Shown in pieces: positions 37,591 to 50,958 of a stretch of DNA of 64,000 nt. Position 1 is the first letter of the stretch. Every line of letters begins with the position of its first letter. Position numbers and translations under genes: made by a program. The stretch lies in NCBI GenBank assembly GCA_023920165.1, contig CP089277.1:434001-498000 (forward strand), read 5' to 3'. The notes below the pieces were generated by a model. It was given only the letters and a program-made list of their open reading frames with translations, searched no databases and had not been told where the DNA came from. The stretch comes from Curvularia clavata. Taxonomy: Eukaryota.

Positions 37591-39212
37591 CTAGTCATCG
37601 AGCTCGCTAGGAGCCTCCTCAAGTTTGTGTCTCCGCTCCTCATCCATTTCCTTATATGAGGCCCAAGACAAGAGACTGAAAGCCCCGATGATTAAAAGGC
37701 CGCCAACAATAGCGGCGGGCGTAAGCGGCGAGTTGAGTGGCGGAGGAAGCAATTGGTCAACCAGGGCGACAATAAAAATTGTAAGAAGTGCTGCGACAGA
37801 AGATAGGACGGGAGACGTAAGAGAAATGAGGGCGAGAAAGGCGCCGGAAAAGGCTGTGAGTGGAGAAAGTCAGTAGCTGTTATTTGCAAAGGCTGAAAGG
37901 ACATTGGAGGGGTAGACGTACTGGCATTGGCCAAAACACTAATGGCCATCATCCATGCTTGCTCTCCTCTGGGCAGCTCGAAGATTTCCCAGCCCATCCA
38001 GTGGAGCAACGGAAGTGGAATCCATAAGACGCTCAAGGTGAAAGCGCCAATCAGGCTGCCAAAGAGGTTTGCAAAGATAACCCCCTTGTTCGGTGCTGCG
38101 CCCTCTGGTGGACAAGCCAGCCTCTTGTACAGAACTTCGTAGAGTCCGTACAAAACGCTTCCTACGCCAATGACTAGGTTGCCAAAAGCACGATTTTCGG
38201 CTGCTTGCGAAGGCGGCGCCTTATCGCCGCCAGCTCCACCGCCAGACTTGGAGCCATGTTTTGCGGGCGACTGGTCGCCGTATGCGACAACAAAAACACC
38301 TAAAATGGCAATGGCCACAGCGACAATCTTGCTGGCGCGGACCTTCTCGTGAAGAATAGGAATACTAAATGCGTAGGCGAAGAAAGCAGAGCAGTTGTAG
38401 ATAGCGGTCAAGTCGCTGGCGGTCGTCAGGTTGACAGCGACGTACCAGCTACCTCCTGCCAGCGTAAGGGCACATGTGATGAAAGCCGTCATCTTGACCA
38501 TGTATCGGACCGGCGAGACTTGGGATTGACGAGGCGTAGGATGGAGGGTCTGGTGCTGGACCATGAGGGCAGTCTGGCGCAGGACCTGGACGTGCCTGCG
38601 CCAAAACGTCGGCCATGGCTCGTCCAAGTGCTGGAGGCGCAGGATGCCGAGAGTGGCAGGCCAGAGCACAACCCATGAGCCGTGGGTCATGTACAGCATG
38701 CAGTAGGGCTTCTCCCATTTCAGCTGGTGCTGAATGTACACGGCCGTCTCGGTCTGTACTGTGAAGCTGATTAAGCTCAGCGCAAGCAGGAAAGCCGCGT
38801 AGGTGTATTTCCTCCGCGTCTCGAGTTTAGCCTGTGTCTCTGGGTCCCTTTCGTGAAAGTGATGTGTGCTCCTGCCCAACAGGCTTTCCTCCACGGTGTC
38901 ATCCTCCGTCTTGCGTCCTAACAAAGGCGAGTTTGCGCGCCCGCCGCCGCGCTCCAATGACGGTCTAAGATCAGATGGCATGGCTGCGTCGTGTTCATCC
39001 CAATCGTCCGAGTCGATGCCAGTGTCGCGCGGACTGGTGGCCTTTCGATGTTGTCGTGAAGAAGAGCGTGAGCGTGAGCTGGAGCCGGCAACGACGAGGG
39101 ACGAGGCGGCGCTGGTATTTCTACTCTCGAGGCTGAAGTCGTCGGAAAGGGTGTGGGCGAGTGTGCGAGGGTTTGCTGGGGGCTTTTTCCGCAGGGGAAT
39201 CGACTCAGGCAT
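37591..39212 (-). CDS. EamA/DMT (DUF6) family membrane transporter; intron 37854-37921
   Basis: About 10 hydrophobic segments; motifs SWYVAVNLTTASDLTAIYNCSAFFAY...ILHEK and ISLTSPVLSSVAALLTI after splicing. Confidence 0.88.
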
Positions 39213-39297
39213 ATAAGGCAATTGTTGGGCAAAGCGAGTGACGGCAGTGAGTGGCAGATGACGGGTGGGCCCGGGGCTGCAGCGTGGGAGCTGACAA

Positions 39298-39323
39298 GGG
39301 TTACGGGGTTACGGGGTTACGGG
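39298..39323 (+). repeat. Tandem (GGGTTACG)x3 in the 5' region of the transporter gene
   Basis: gggttacg gggttacg gggttacg gg read directly. Confidence 0.8.
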
Positions 39324-40099
39324 TGGGGGCGATTGGGTACGAGGGTGACTGGCGATGCGGCCGGTGAGAATGAGCTGGATCCGGCGCAGGCGTGGAACGG
39401 TTTGTACTATGCAAAGTGGTGATATCTGTCTTCTGGTGCGGTCGCAAGCAGCGCCTAGGGCCAAGCCCCCTGCATGCCGTAACCTCCGTGCAAACTCCGC
39501 TGAACAGCCCAAAGGGTCCAATGGCAGCCGCGCCTTCCCCTTGCCTACGCGTCTTTTCACGTGTGTCCAATCTCCTCATCGCCGCCAAGTCCCCTACCAA
39601 CTATATTCACTTCTTCTTACTCATCGTAACTCCCCAAAGGTGTCCTCTTCAGTGTTTTTTTCTATCTCGAAACCCTTGGCAGTATGGCCATGACATGGCC
39701 TGCCGCCGCAATCACGTCATACTCTAGTCGCATGCATAGCCGAACCACAGCCCAGGGCCACGAGTGGCCTTGCGTGGCGGCCGTCTTTCCTCAGATGACC
39801 CAGCATCTAAACATGCATGTGCATGTAGGTGTACCGTCAAGTGACTTGCTTGTCTTAGTACGTGTGGATACAGACAGCCCAAATCCCATGTGCTGCAACT
39901 TCAACAAGACTGCATGACTGGCAGCAAGGCAGAGGTGGTCACGTTTCCTTGTGCCCATTAGGAGCTAATAATGCTGTTATCTTTCGGTCGTAAAATGCTC
40001 GTTACCCTTCCTAAACCCTAGCCCAGCCACCACGAAACAAAGAAACAAAGTGCCCGGGGAATCAATACATCCAAGACATTTCCAGCCATGACCCTCAAA

Positions 40100-42346
40100 T
40101 CACACAGGACTACCGTCTAGGCCCTCGGCTCGTTCTTGAGTCTCGGCCTCTTCCAGCTCCTGCAAGATTTCAGGCAGCATAGACTCGACGTCCTCTTCCC
40201 GCTCGCCCAGTGCCTTGGCAATGAGCTTCTTGTACGTGCCCTGTTTCTCGCTCATGCCGGCCACGCTCAAGTTGCCCACGACTTCTCGAACAAGCTCTCT
40301 CCGTTCAAGCTGTGCTCTGTGTAGCAGCAATGCTAGCCGCATCTTCTCCGTAATATCCACCGGTGACGTGTCGCTGTTTTGCTGTGGCATGCTGCTGCAC
40401 AGTCGCCGTAGCTCGGCCTTTTGTTCAATCTCTAGAAGGGACTCTGCTTCCTCTACAAGCAGTCGTAGTTCATCTTCCTGCTGCCGGTCTGCCTCGTCAT
40501 CGTTGAGGTCGATATGTAGTGCATTTGACGTGCTTTGCAGTTCGGCCATTAGCTTCCGTACAGTCTCCAGCTCTGCTTGCCGTCGCTTGACCACACGTTC
40601 TGCGTCGAAAAATTCTGCCTCCTTTTCCTGCAATTCTGCTTCATAAGCGGCAGCTAGTTCTTCGCATTTTTCAAGCAGCGTAGGCGCTACTTTAGTCATC
40701 AAATGTGAGGCAGTCTGTGACCGGTACTGGACTGGTTCTCGAACTGCCATGCTGGGAAACGGCACAGGCATCAATGGCCCACCATCCAAGTGGGGAACAT
40801 GTCCGTTCAGTCGGTGCTCCGGCGGCGGTGCAAATGGCGATGACGAGGCCTGCCGCGTCCGGCCATGCATACGTCGTCTTTGGTTGAGCTCTCGGATCAA
40901 GTCGTCAGCAGTCTCGCCCTTCTTGTTCGGAATGTCCACGGCAACGTTTCGTCCCAGCAGGCTTCGTACGCATTTCCTGGCACCGTTGCGTGCAGCAATC
41001 ATGATAGCCGTGTCGCCGTTTTGATCCGCCGCATTCAAAAGTCTTGTGACTTCTTCCGGTATCCAGGTTTCCGAGAGCTTGTTGATGATGCAGTCAAGAT
41101 ACCACCTCGCGCAAACATACTTGTTCGAGCTGCTCGTAGTCGCTGCAATGTGATGGAACACGGTGCTGCCAAACCAATCTGTCCTATGCACTGTCTGTTG
41201 GAAGATCTTGACCATACTCGGCATTGTTTCTTTGTCAAAGTTGTTGGTGAACATGACGGCACGCATTAGAGGTGTCTCCAAGTTGTTCGATAGACAGTCT
41301 AAGCGTGCTCCTCGATGTATGAGCTCCTTAACCACACCAACGTCACCCATGGCGGCTGCCCAGTGCATCGCCGCATGTCCTTTCTCGTCAATCGGCCGGT
41401 CTAGGTTGATGCTTGGGGGTGGTTCCGGCCATGAGACGGCGGCTTCGTGATCCAGCAGCATGAAATAATCTAGGAGCTGATCTGCCCATATCTGATGTTG
41501 CTGGTCTAGCAATGACATTTGGTCCATGCCCCTCTTGCGCTTTCTGTTACCGTCGGCCGAGTATTGCGACATGTCCATCAGGTCGGCGTCGCCCAGCATG
41601 GACTCTGAAATGACTGTCTCGTTATCAGGTGTTTCGTCGCGGAAAATCTGCGACCTAATCTGGGAGGCTTCGTATGGGTCTTCGCTGACTTGCGACTGCG
41701 AATTGTTGACGATTGCTGCAAGACAAGTCAGTCGCGGATTCCCTCACATGGTCGCATGAACAGAATCAACAAGGGAAGAGATACATTCAAGTGGATGGAC
41801 GGGTTTACCATTACGAGTCGCAGCTGCAGCTGTAGCGGCAGCCGTCTGTCTCGGCGGCTTCATGCGATTCGACGCCGCTGTAGCATGCTTTGGCGCAGGA
41901 GGAGGGCTCCTATCACCCGGTACGTAGTCGAAGATGGCACGCATCTTATCCAGGACGCCATTCCGCTCTGCAAGCGCGCGCCCCTCCTCGAGCGGTATCC
42001 ATGTACCCTGATATTTGCCGTAACCACCCTGCACCTTCTCATGCACGCCTTTCTGCACTTCGCGCTCCAGGATACGGGTTCGCGCCGGCTTGTCGTAATC
42101 GGCTACCTTGAGAATGTGCGTAGCGTTGATCCAGTCGTCGGCGCGACGGCGCATCACATGGTTGCCGTTCACATTGCACTCATAGACGGGGACCTGGGGC
42201 GAGTGTTAGCATGCGGTAGGTGGTAAGCATGGTAGCAAAGCAGCGCTGAAGGACATTCAGCGAACAGAGAGCGGTTTGTCGCTACACACATTACTATATG
42301 TCGCCGAATAGATCTTGCCATCAGGCGCCGGGGGCATTTTCACCAT
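40100..42346 (-). CDS. MBP1: Mbp1/Res1-type G1/S transcription factor (APSES/KilA-N + ankyrin repeats + coiled coil); introns 42194-42289 and 41716-41808
   Basis: [13 protein letters not shown]...[19 protein letters not shown]...[17 protein letters not shown]; ankyrin repeats [32 protein letters not shown]. Confidence 0.93.
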
Positions 42347-42614
42347 TCAAGGAGACTCAAAGGGCGTCTCGCAGGCGGGTCAAGTGATTTCGTGAAGGCG
42401 TGTCTGCGGTCGCGTCGCACCTGGATGAAGTCGCGTTGGAAGGGCCGCGGTCGCGCCTGCCCTGCCAAGCATCGGAGTCGGGCGGTGGCAGCTTCCCTTT
42501 GCCGACCGTAGTGAACCTCATCAAGCTCGCCCGCAAACGACGCTCCAGCCTACCAGCCCGCCCCCCTCTGCCTCCGCGTGCCATTGAAGACGAACAACAT
42601 ACTGGGCCGCCACT

Positions 42615-43028
42615 ATGACTGTCACCGACACTATCAAGCATGCCGTTGGTCTCGGCGGCGAGCCGCGGAGTGAGTGCGGCCACACACCCAACCGTACTTG
42701 GCCTACGCATGCCAGACACTGACAAATGTGCAGAGGCTACCCGCGAGGAGATGAGTGCTGCTAGACTACCGCTGCCCTACCGAGACTCATGCGCACATCT
42801 TCTGATCCCGCTGAACCGGTGTCGGCACGAGGAGTTCTACCTGCCATGGAAGTGCGAGGTGTGTAAAACCCCATTTTCCGCTATGTCTAGACAGATGGCG
42901 GCCCGACTGACTGCGTTGGACAGAACGAGCGACACTCATATGAGAAATGCCAATACGAAGAGTTCAAGGAGCGTGTGAAGAAGATGGATGAGTTGAGGGC
43001 AGCCAAGGCCGGAGAGAGAAGCAACTAG
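42615..43028 (+). CDS. NADH:ubiquinone oxidoreductase B18 subunit (NDUFB7 family); introns 42670-42733 and 42859-42923
   Basis: ATREEMSAARLPLPYRDSCAHLLIPLNRCR...PWKCENERHSYEKCQYEEF twin-CX9C pattern. Confidence 0.95.
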
Positions 43029-43323
43029 AGCGTCGATAGACGCGGATTGACGGTAGATCACGAGAATGACAGTCATGAGCGGACACCGCTGCATGTATAT
43101 ACCGAAGCAGCAGAAGATACGCAATATCAACAGCAAGACACTCCAAAGGCTACCAGACATGGTACACTGGTTTGAAGACACAGTAGCAACCGGGTGCCTT
43201 TGTACAACAAGTCACACAGGCTTCACCCGCACCACAATCCAGGCTGATATGAAGACTGCAATCGCTGTATGATTTCCAGAATCACGAATTCCTATCTAGG
43301 CAGAGACATATGAAGTGAACCAA

Positions 43324-45068
43324 CTATAACTTGGCCTTGGCGTCTTCCTGCGCAGCCAGCTCCCTCAACTCTTTTCTGAGAATCTTTCCTGATGGATTTT
43401 TGGGTATTGCGTCGATAAAGTGCAAACCGCCCTCCAGCCTCTTGTGCTTCGAGACCCGCTCTGCCAGCCATGCTTTGATGTTCGCTGCCGTTTCCGGCGT
43501 GGCCTTGGCTGAAGGCTGAAGCACAATATAGGCGCGGGGACGTTCGTCATCGTCGCTGACTGTCATTAGCAGGTAGAATTTTCAATCACCGTGAGAACTT
43601 ACATCTTAACTCCAATCACAGCAGCGTCTTGTACTTGGGGATGGTCCAACAAGAGAGCCTCCAGCTCTGCTGGCGCAACTTGTAATCCCTTCACTTTGAT
43701 CAGCTCCTTCTTTCTGTCGACGATGTACAAGTGGTCATTTTCATCCGCATATGCTACGTCTCCCGTTTTCAACCACCCGTCTTTCGTCAGCGTCTCTGCA
43801 GTCGGACCAGGCTTCTTCCAATACCCCTTCATGACGTTGGGGCCGCGAATCCAAATTTCACCTCTTTCACCACGGGGGGCTTCAATCTTGCCCTCGTCAT
43901 CCAAGACAATCTTCGCCTCGAGGTTCGACACCAGTTCCCCTACCGAAGAATCCCGATACTGGACCGCAGGATGGTGAAGAGCAGCAGCACAGGTGATTTC
44001 TGTCATGCCCCAGCCGTTGGTGAGCTTGATCCTGCCGTCTGGAAAAATGCGTTCGAACTCCGCTTTGATTTCACTGCCGAGCGGGGCAGCACCACTACCC
44101 ACCCTCTCCACGGAGCTAAGGTCGAATTTCTTGATTGCTGGGTGCTTGGCCATGGCTGCAACAATCGGTGGCACCAAGGTGAGATCTGTGACGCGGTACT
44201 TCTGCACGTTTTGCAGCATTTGCAGAAAATCAAACTTGGGCATGATATACACCGAAACGCGCTCTTTCACTGCACCCATGCAGAACACAGCCTGTGCCAT
44301 GACATGGTACATGGGGAGAAAATTGAGATAGACTTTTCGCTTCAACAAGTCTTGGTAGCCATCTTGAGCAGCGGTGTTTGACAGGGACTGAGCGACGTTC
44401 GCGATGTAGTTTCTGTGCGTGATCATGACGCCTTTTGGAACGCCTGTGGTGCCGGACGAGTAATTGAGTGCTACTATGCGGTCCAGTTCCTCGGCGGTGC
44501 GCAGCTCTGGCCATCTGTATGCATCGCCGTTTTCCGCTGTATCGAGCAGCTCAGTCCAGTGTCGGATGTATCCCAGCTCCGTGCTCTTTTCCACCTTGCG
44601 GCCTTCAAATGTCGCCGCTCCGTCGTCGAAAATGAAGACCTGATCTGCGCTCATTCCGACTTCTTTTGCAGCTGCGATTCCTGTATCGAGACTGCCCTCT
44701 GCACAGATGAGATACCGCGCGCCGCTGTCTTGGAGTTGATATGCTAGTTCTCGAGCTACGTAGGATGGATTCGCTCCGGTGAAGACTCCTTCGGCCATTA
44801 TGACGCCCATGACGACAGCTGGAAAGAACAAAGTGTTTGACGAGAATAATAGCACGGGGTCCCCAGGCTGCAGTCCCGCGCGACGTAGCCCAGAAGCAAC
44901 TCGCTTTGCATATTGCCGGTACTGGTGCAGGGTCAGGAAGTGCTTGTCTGGGTTACTGGCAGAAAGAAAGATCGGTTTATTGGGTAGTTCTGCAGTGGGA
45001 GAGTCGAAAAGATATGTTGGTAGCGAGACCTGAGGTATTGGGAGCGAGAAACGTGATTTGATCACCAT
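43324..45068 (-). CDS. 4-coumarate/phenylacetate-CoA ligase-like AMP-binding enzyme with PTS1 (AKL); intron 43556-43602
   Basis: YSSGTTGVPKGV, GWGMTE, GWLKTGD, DRKKELIKVKG and PKNPSGKILR motifs; C-terminal AKL. Confidence 0.93.
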
Positions 45069-47285
45069 GGTTACGGTTGATGAGAATGGCTCTTCTCTAT
45101 CTGATCACTGTATCTGTACTTAGCATGTATCTTGTTATGACTTAAGTACTGCGTGTCGTGACGAGCCCACGCATCGGATAGTCACCATCTTCCGCTCCGA
45201 TACACATGTGTAGCCTACTCGGACAACTGATTATTAACCATGCAAGGAATCGTTGTTTTCCTCATTGCGTTAGCACATTGCCTAAGGCGACTCGGCTACC
45301 ACCACTCGCTGCGGGGGCGAGGACGTTGCCGAGGTTCCAAACTCTGGGGTAAAAGGGATAATGCCTTCATGGTCGAGTCAATGAGGGGGATTCAGTCAGT
45401 AGGCTGCATGTATCCGTCATGCTCTGTGCTATAGATGAGTACATGTGTAAATGGAAAGTCTCCTTATCGATACATGTAAGATGTGTGCATGCTTATGATT
45501 GGCCATTTGTAGTACCGTCTCAACAACCAACTACAAAGCGCCCTCCGTTCGTCTTATACATCAGTATGTCTTTCTCGAGCTAGCGAAGTCCACAGGAGCT
45601 GTTCAGTGAATGAGGAAACTGAAGCGCGTAGACTTTTTGACTCGAGGATGGCTATCATGTCTACTGAAATGGGCTCCACATGACAGATATATTGATGAAC
45701 TCAAGCTTTGTGACCTTTGTAGCCTATGGTGCAAAGTAAGTATTTAGTAGAAAGCAAATACATGATCAGTATTTCTTCTTGTTTATCCAGTTGAGATTGA
45801 GGCAAAATAGGTAGTTGACGTCACTCGATATTATGCGCTGGTCCCTAACAGGATACCGCAGGATGTCAAAGGTATCGCACTACCTGAGCTACGGGAGTTT
45901 TCTAATATGCAGGGTCTATGTGTATTACCTACAACACGTGTCCATCCTACTACCAATTTGCATTCTCCGTACAGTAGGCGCAGCCTAACCCTTAACAGTG
46001 CAACAGCCGCATTCTCTACAATTGTAGTAGTTACTCCGCTTGTGTGAAATTTTACACCGCCGCTGATCTGCTCCATCCAAAATAGAAGCGGGCCGGCAGT
46101 GGCCTCGGATCGAGAAACTTTCCGGAGCGTTTAAAGAACAAAAGAGATTGACAGTGCGTGCATGTTAGTGGGGTATGGTATGATCAGCATCCCATTAATC
46201 GCCCGCGATTTTTGGGTTGCGACTCATTCTACAACAATCCATGTTTGCGACACGGCTGTTGTGTGACAGTAGAGCAAACTTAGCACGGCTTCTGGCACTG
46301 AACAAGCAAGAAATTGGGTCTTTTTTTCCCTATGGAGACAACGGGAATAAAGCCATGTACTGACTCGACAGAAAACATGCCACTTCTTCTTTTTTCCGAT
46401 GTAGAAAAAGCTTAGCGCAGGGCGATTGTTAAGGCGCAGACGTTGTCTACAAGGTGAGGCGAATAGCACAACGAATCCAATGCGGAAGCGAGCAAAATAA
46501 GGTTCTGAGGAGGCAGCTAGAGTCGGGGAGGCCGACTAGCTCCCACTGTCATACAACGCAGTTAGGCACCCCAGGCCATTTAATATCTTCTTCATGTCAT
46601 GTCCATCCCGGTTGATAGATCCGAACCATTCTCAACACTCGCACTCTTGTCGAATGAGGAGTTCGTGGCCTGTTTCAATGTCAAATATTGAAACCAAAAC
46701 TCTACTCGGTTCAGCTCAACACGGTATAACATAACCCATTGATATGGCTGGGTAAGGGATAGAAAAGAATTGAGTTGATTTTTTATTTGATCACTCTGAA
46801 AAATACGAGCCTTAAGCTATGGTGACGCCATCACAACTTCCAGTCTTGCATAAGAGCTTGGGTTCTGCGGCAGTGCACAAGGCAGGATGCCCTGTACGGA
46901 AGTTGATCAGCTCCGCGGAATCATGGTCGAAGTAACAACTCTCAATTTTGCGATGGTTCTGTGGGTGGTCCACCAAAATCATGCTGAGGGGATGGTTGGT
47001 CAGCTGTACCCTCGAACAATGGACACTAGAACATGCGTATGCAGTATCTATTGGACGGCCACCTGACGGGTTACAGCATGGCGTAGACTAGAAGCGAAGC
47101 ATGTTTCGTGAGTCGTCTCCCATACGCGGCAAATCCAAGGTCCCGAACGAGGGCTATCGCTCCCTGTCAGGTGTTGCCCTCGGAGCCATTCAAGGCCATA
47201 CTTTAAGACTGACTGTGGGGCCATTTAATCTACGAACGAATATTGCTCGTGTTACATGCACGCTCACTCGTGAGTTTGAGCATCA

Positions 47286-48710
47286 TGACTGACGACCAGA
47301 AATTTGCAAAAGAGACGAGAGTACGCAGGAAAAAGACCTCCCTGATACCGCAAAGATGCACCAATCTGACCATATTCAGGTTCCCGAAACCATCGCCATC
47401 GTTACTGTCTTCTCGATATTCTCGTGCATCTGCGTAGCTCTGCGATTCTATACCAGGTAAATATAAACTACCCGGGACAACCACTACGATCAGTGGTCTG
47501 ATAGGAGCCTGTATAGACGGAGGATCCTACGAAATGTCGGATCTGATGATTATGCGATCCTCGTAGCACAGATTCTCAACTTGGGAGAGTCAGCGGTCAA
47601 TTACGCAATGCTCATGGTTGGGGGTGTGGGACGACACCGCGTGTTTGTGGAGGACAAGCTACAGACGTTTACAAAGGTAAAAAGGGCCCCACTAAGAGAA
47701 CGAATAGAAGATTGAGTCTAGGCTAACCTAGAAGGAAGATCATGATGGCGGCAATGGCATTCTACAATGCAGCGCAAATTGCGACCAAAATATCGCTTCT
47801 ACTCCAGTACAAAAAGATCTTTCCCAGTGAACCTATGCAATTGATTTGTAGCTGGGGCACTGCGCTGCTCCTGTTGTGGGGAGTTGCGCAACAGTACGTT
47901 GATCAACTATATCAACGTTTGAACAAGGTTGAAGCTAACTGAACCCTCTGTGAAGGATACTCTCACCGTTTATCTGCTCCTACCAGACGATTACGATTAC
48001 AACACCGCAAACATGCCTCGGCGATAACCCGTAAGCAATGTAGTACCAGCACACGTACTATGAGCGCTTTAGCTTTACTAACAGTTGCCAGAGTTGTCAC
48101 TGCCCACGCTGTCATGAACATGGTCACCGATTTCCTTGTTCTTATCATCCCGATCAGACCAGTGGTTCAACTGCAGATCAACATGCTGCGCAAGGTATAC
48201 CTTGTAGTTGTCTTGTGTATGGGCTTAGCGTAAGGATTTGTTCTAGTATATTTCCCCGAAGAACTAAACTTATATATTGGCAGCGTATGCATCATCTCGG
48301 CCATCAGACTCGACATGCTCGTCGGAACACGATTCGACTGGAGTGACGTAACGTGGGCAATAGCCGTCGTCAGCTACCTCTCGACCGTTGAGACTAGTCT
48401 TGGAATAGCATGCGCCTGCATCCCGACGCTCCGACCGTTAATGAAGCGAATCTTGCCCGCTATGATGGGATCGAGTGGCAAGGATGCGACATCCCGCCAA
48501 TACGCCAACATGGGGAAAAGGTTCAACGACAGCGCGCTCAAAACAAAGTCCAACAACGACAACGCAATTTATGTGCAGAAGGATATCCATTATCAGAGCA
48601 CGACAGAGCTTAGAGATATGCCGCCAAAAGAACCTTACTCGGTTTCTCACCGATCGTCCGACGAGATAAGTTTAGAACCAGCGTACCCAGCGACGTCGGC
48701 GAATGGTTAG
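47286..48710 (+). CDS. PTH11-like 7TM (fungal rhodopsin-domain) integral membrane protein without CFEM; introns 47321-47379, 47457-47516, 47677-47738, 47894-47955, 48031-48091, 48230-48283
   Basis: Spliced product contains VALRFYTR...GSDDY, GVGRH, KISLLLQYKKIF, NMVTDFLVLIIP and VETSLGIACACIPTLRPL family motifs. All six introns are GT-AG and keep the frame. Confidence 0.88.
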
Positions 48711-49136
48711 GGTGCATTTCTACAATGTTGATAAAAGCGATATTTGGAATTAGAGGGAGGCAATGTGTACACAAGCTATGGGTGGATTCTCTTTTGTTAT
48801 TTGTTTTCCGTCTAGACCGGCTTTACTTGTTTCAGCCACGGCTGAGCTGTGACTTAATGTCTGGAAAGGACAAGGGCACATGTGTCCGAGGAAAAATGGT
48901 ATACAACATATGAGTTTCATGTCACTCTCTACACAAGGCGTGCTGGTCGCGAACGTGGAATCAACACCAAAGCGTAGTTGCAATCAATGCTTATAAGGAA
49001 CTTTGGGTGTGAGTTACTTTGATTCATTTCTGCATACTTAAGAAATTACATTAACTATCAATCGGCATGTTAGGACTTCCACAACTCCACATCGCGCCGG
49101 CCATGCATCGTTCGAACTAGTCTCTCCACTAATCGC

Positions 49137-49897
49137 TTACTTCTTCGATGGGTTAGGGCTGATAGTGTTGTCAGGGAACTTGCGGAAAATGTCGGCAATG
49201 TGGTCGATGGGAGCAGCAAGCATGCCCAATGGGCCCTCAAACAGAGGGTTCTCGCCAGCGCTGGGATGGCTCCTTGAAGGCACAAGCATCTTTGTCCTGC
49301 CAAAGTTCTTGGCCAAGCTCTCTGAAGTACCCTTATCTGCCTTGGCAAGCGCACTCTCGAGGGCTGGCAGGTCATCACTCTCTTCCTCCTTGATGTGTTG
49401 ACCGAGTATTCCCCATAGTTCTTTGAGCTTGGGGACGTAGGCGGAGTCGGTGGCCTTCATGTTCTGGAATTCCTTGAGCAACTCCTTGACCTATTGCTTG
49501 TTAGCATGATTCAACAGATTATAGAGGATAAAATAGGGCTCACTGACCTGGTGATGTTGTTGGCGGTCCTTCTCAGCGTGCTCCTTGCCCTCCTTCCCGC
49601 CAATGTACTTTTCCATAGCAGGATAGATAAGCAGCTCTTCGGCTACAGAGTGTCGGGCAAGCTCCCAAGTAAACTGGTTGCCGAAACGAGTCTTGTGGTC
49701 GACATCGTCCGAGTTGATAACCTCGTTGTAGTACGACTCGAGTTCGCGGTGGTCCTTGATAATGACGTCTGAAATCGTCGACATGGCTGCGACACGGGCA
49801 CGAAATGAGGCAAAGTTGTTGTTTACTGTGACACGAGTAGCCTGGGGCCTAGGAGCAGCTCTGGCAAATGATGATACAAGAGTTCGAGAGAAGGACA
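49137..49897 (-). CDS. Hemerythrin/HHE cation-binding domain protein; intron 49491-49547
   Basis: DHRELE, WELARHSVAEELLIYPAME, DRQQHHQVKE, HIKEEESDDLP and PSRSHPSAGENP motifs. Confidence 0.9.
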
Positions 49898-50958
49898 TAT
49901 CGAAAGAAGGAGGACAAGAGTTCAAGGCAAGAAGCAGGCTTTTAATATGCTGTTGGCGAGCAATGGAGGATTCGAGTCTTGCAGGCTCCTTCCATTGGCG
50001 CTTTTATTCTGTGAGAAGGTGTTGTATATTTTGCGCGTCATTGTATCGCAACTCGCCCAGCTGCACAGTAACACGACTACTTTCATTGGCAGGGAGGCAA
50101 ACACCGTGGTCGTGCACAGGCGATCCTTACTAGACGTAGTGGAGACGATGGCGCGAACCCGCTTACCGTCTCAAATCGGAACCGCGCCTATTGGACAGCA
50201 TCACTTTCACGTCACTACACCAACCCCAGAACATATCACTTCTACCTTTGATACACGGCGCGACGGCCGTCAGAATGCCACGCAGCTCGACCTTGGGGCC
50301 AAGCTGCTGCGACCAGCGAATCAGATTCTAAGTTTTGATTTGTTTCACCCTAAAACTGATTGGAGCATTCGACTCCGTACAAAGTTATCAAACCGCTGTA
50401 TTACAGCTCCGCGGCGCATCCACTTGAACACCCACGTCACCAAATTCTCACAGCTACTGCGTTGTCAGCTCCTCGTAGCCGGCTATGTTGCGTCGAGATT
50501 CTGTGCGTCATGGCATCGTCGTTGATATTCTGCATACAGATTGATGCAGCAACCGCCTTGACCAATATTGAATTTCTGTTACGCTCATATCGAGAAGGAT
50601 TGATCAGCTATTCTCAACCGTGCAGTTAGCTAGCACGTGAAAGTAACCTTTGTTTCTTACAGCAGACAGTCGTGCTTCAGAAACTCAAGAAGAAGAAAAA
50701 TATCAACGTACTCGTGCCATCTAGGCGTGAGAGCAGTTCAATGTCGAACACGACTTCTGTTGAACAAAGGAATTCTAAAGTCCATGTAGAGAAGAGAAAT
50801 CCCCCCCAAAAAAGCAGACACTAAAGTTAGAGTGATAACCTAACCAACCAAACAAGGGAGAAGAGAAAATCCAATCAAAGAACTAAGGAAAACAAGAAAC
50901 TCTTGACCGCACGACTACCCAACAACAACTCACCAACCTCTCTCCAAAACCAGGGATA

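Noticed and set aside
39298..39323. Interstitial telomere repeat
   Set aside because: Unit is GGGTTACG, not TTAGGG, and there are only three copies
43556..43602. Intron retention as a PTS1 on/off switch for the 4CL-like ligase
   Set aside because: Retention would also delete the catalytic PKNPSGK lysine, giving an inactive protein
45100..47280. Transposon or RIP relic in the AT-richer spacer
   Set aside because: No terminal repeats, transposase/RT fragments or strong TpA skew visible
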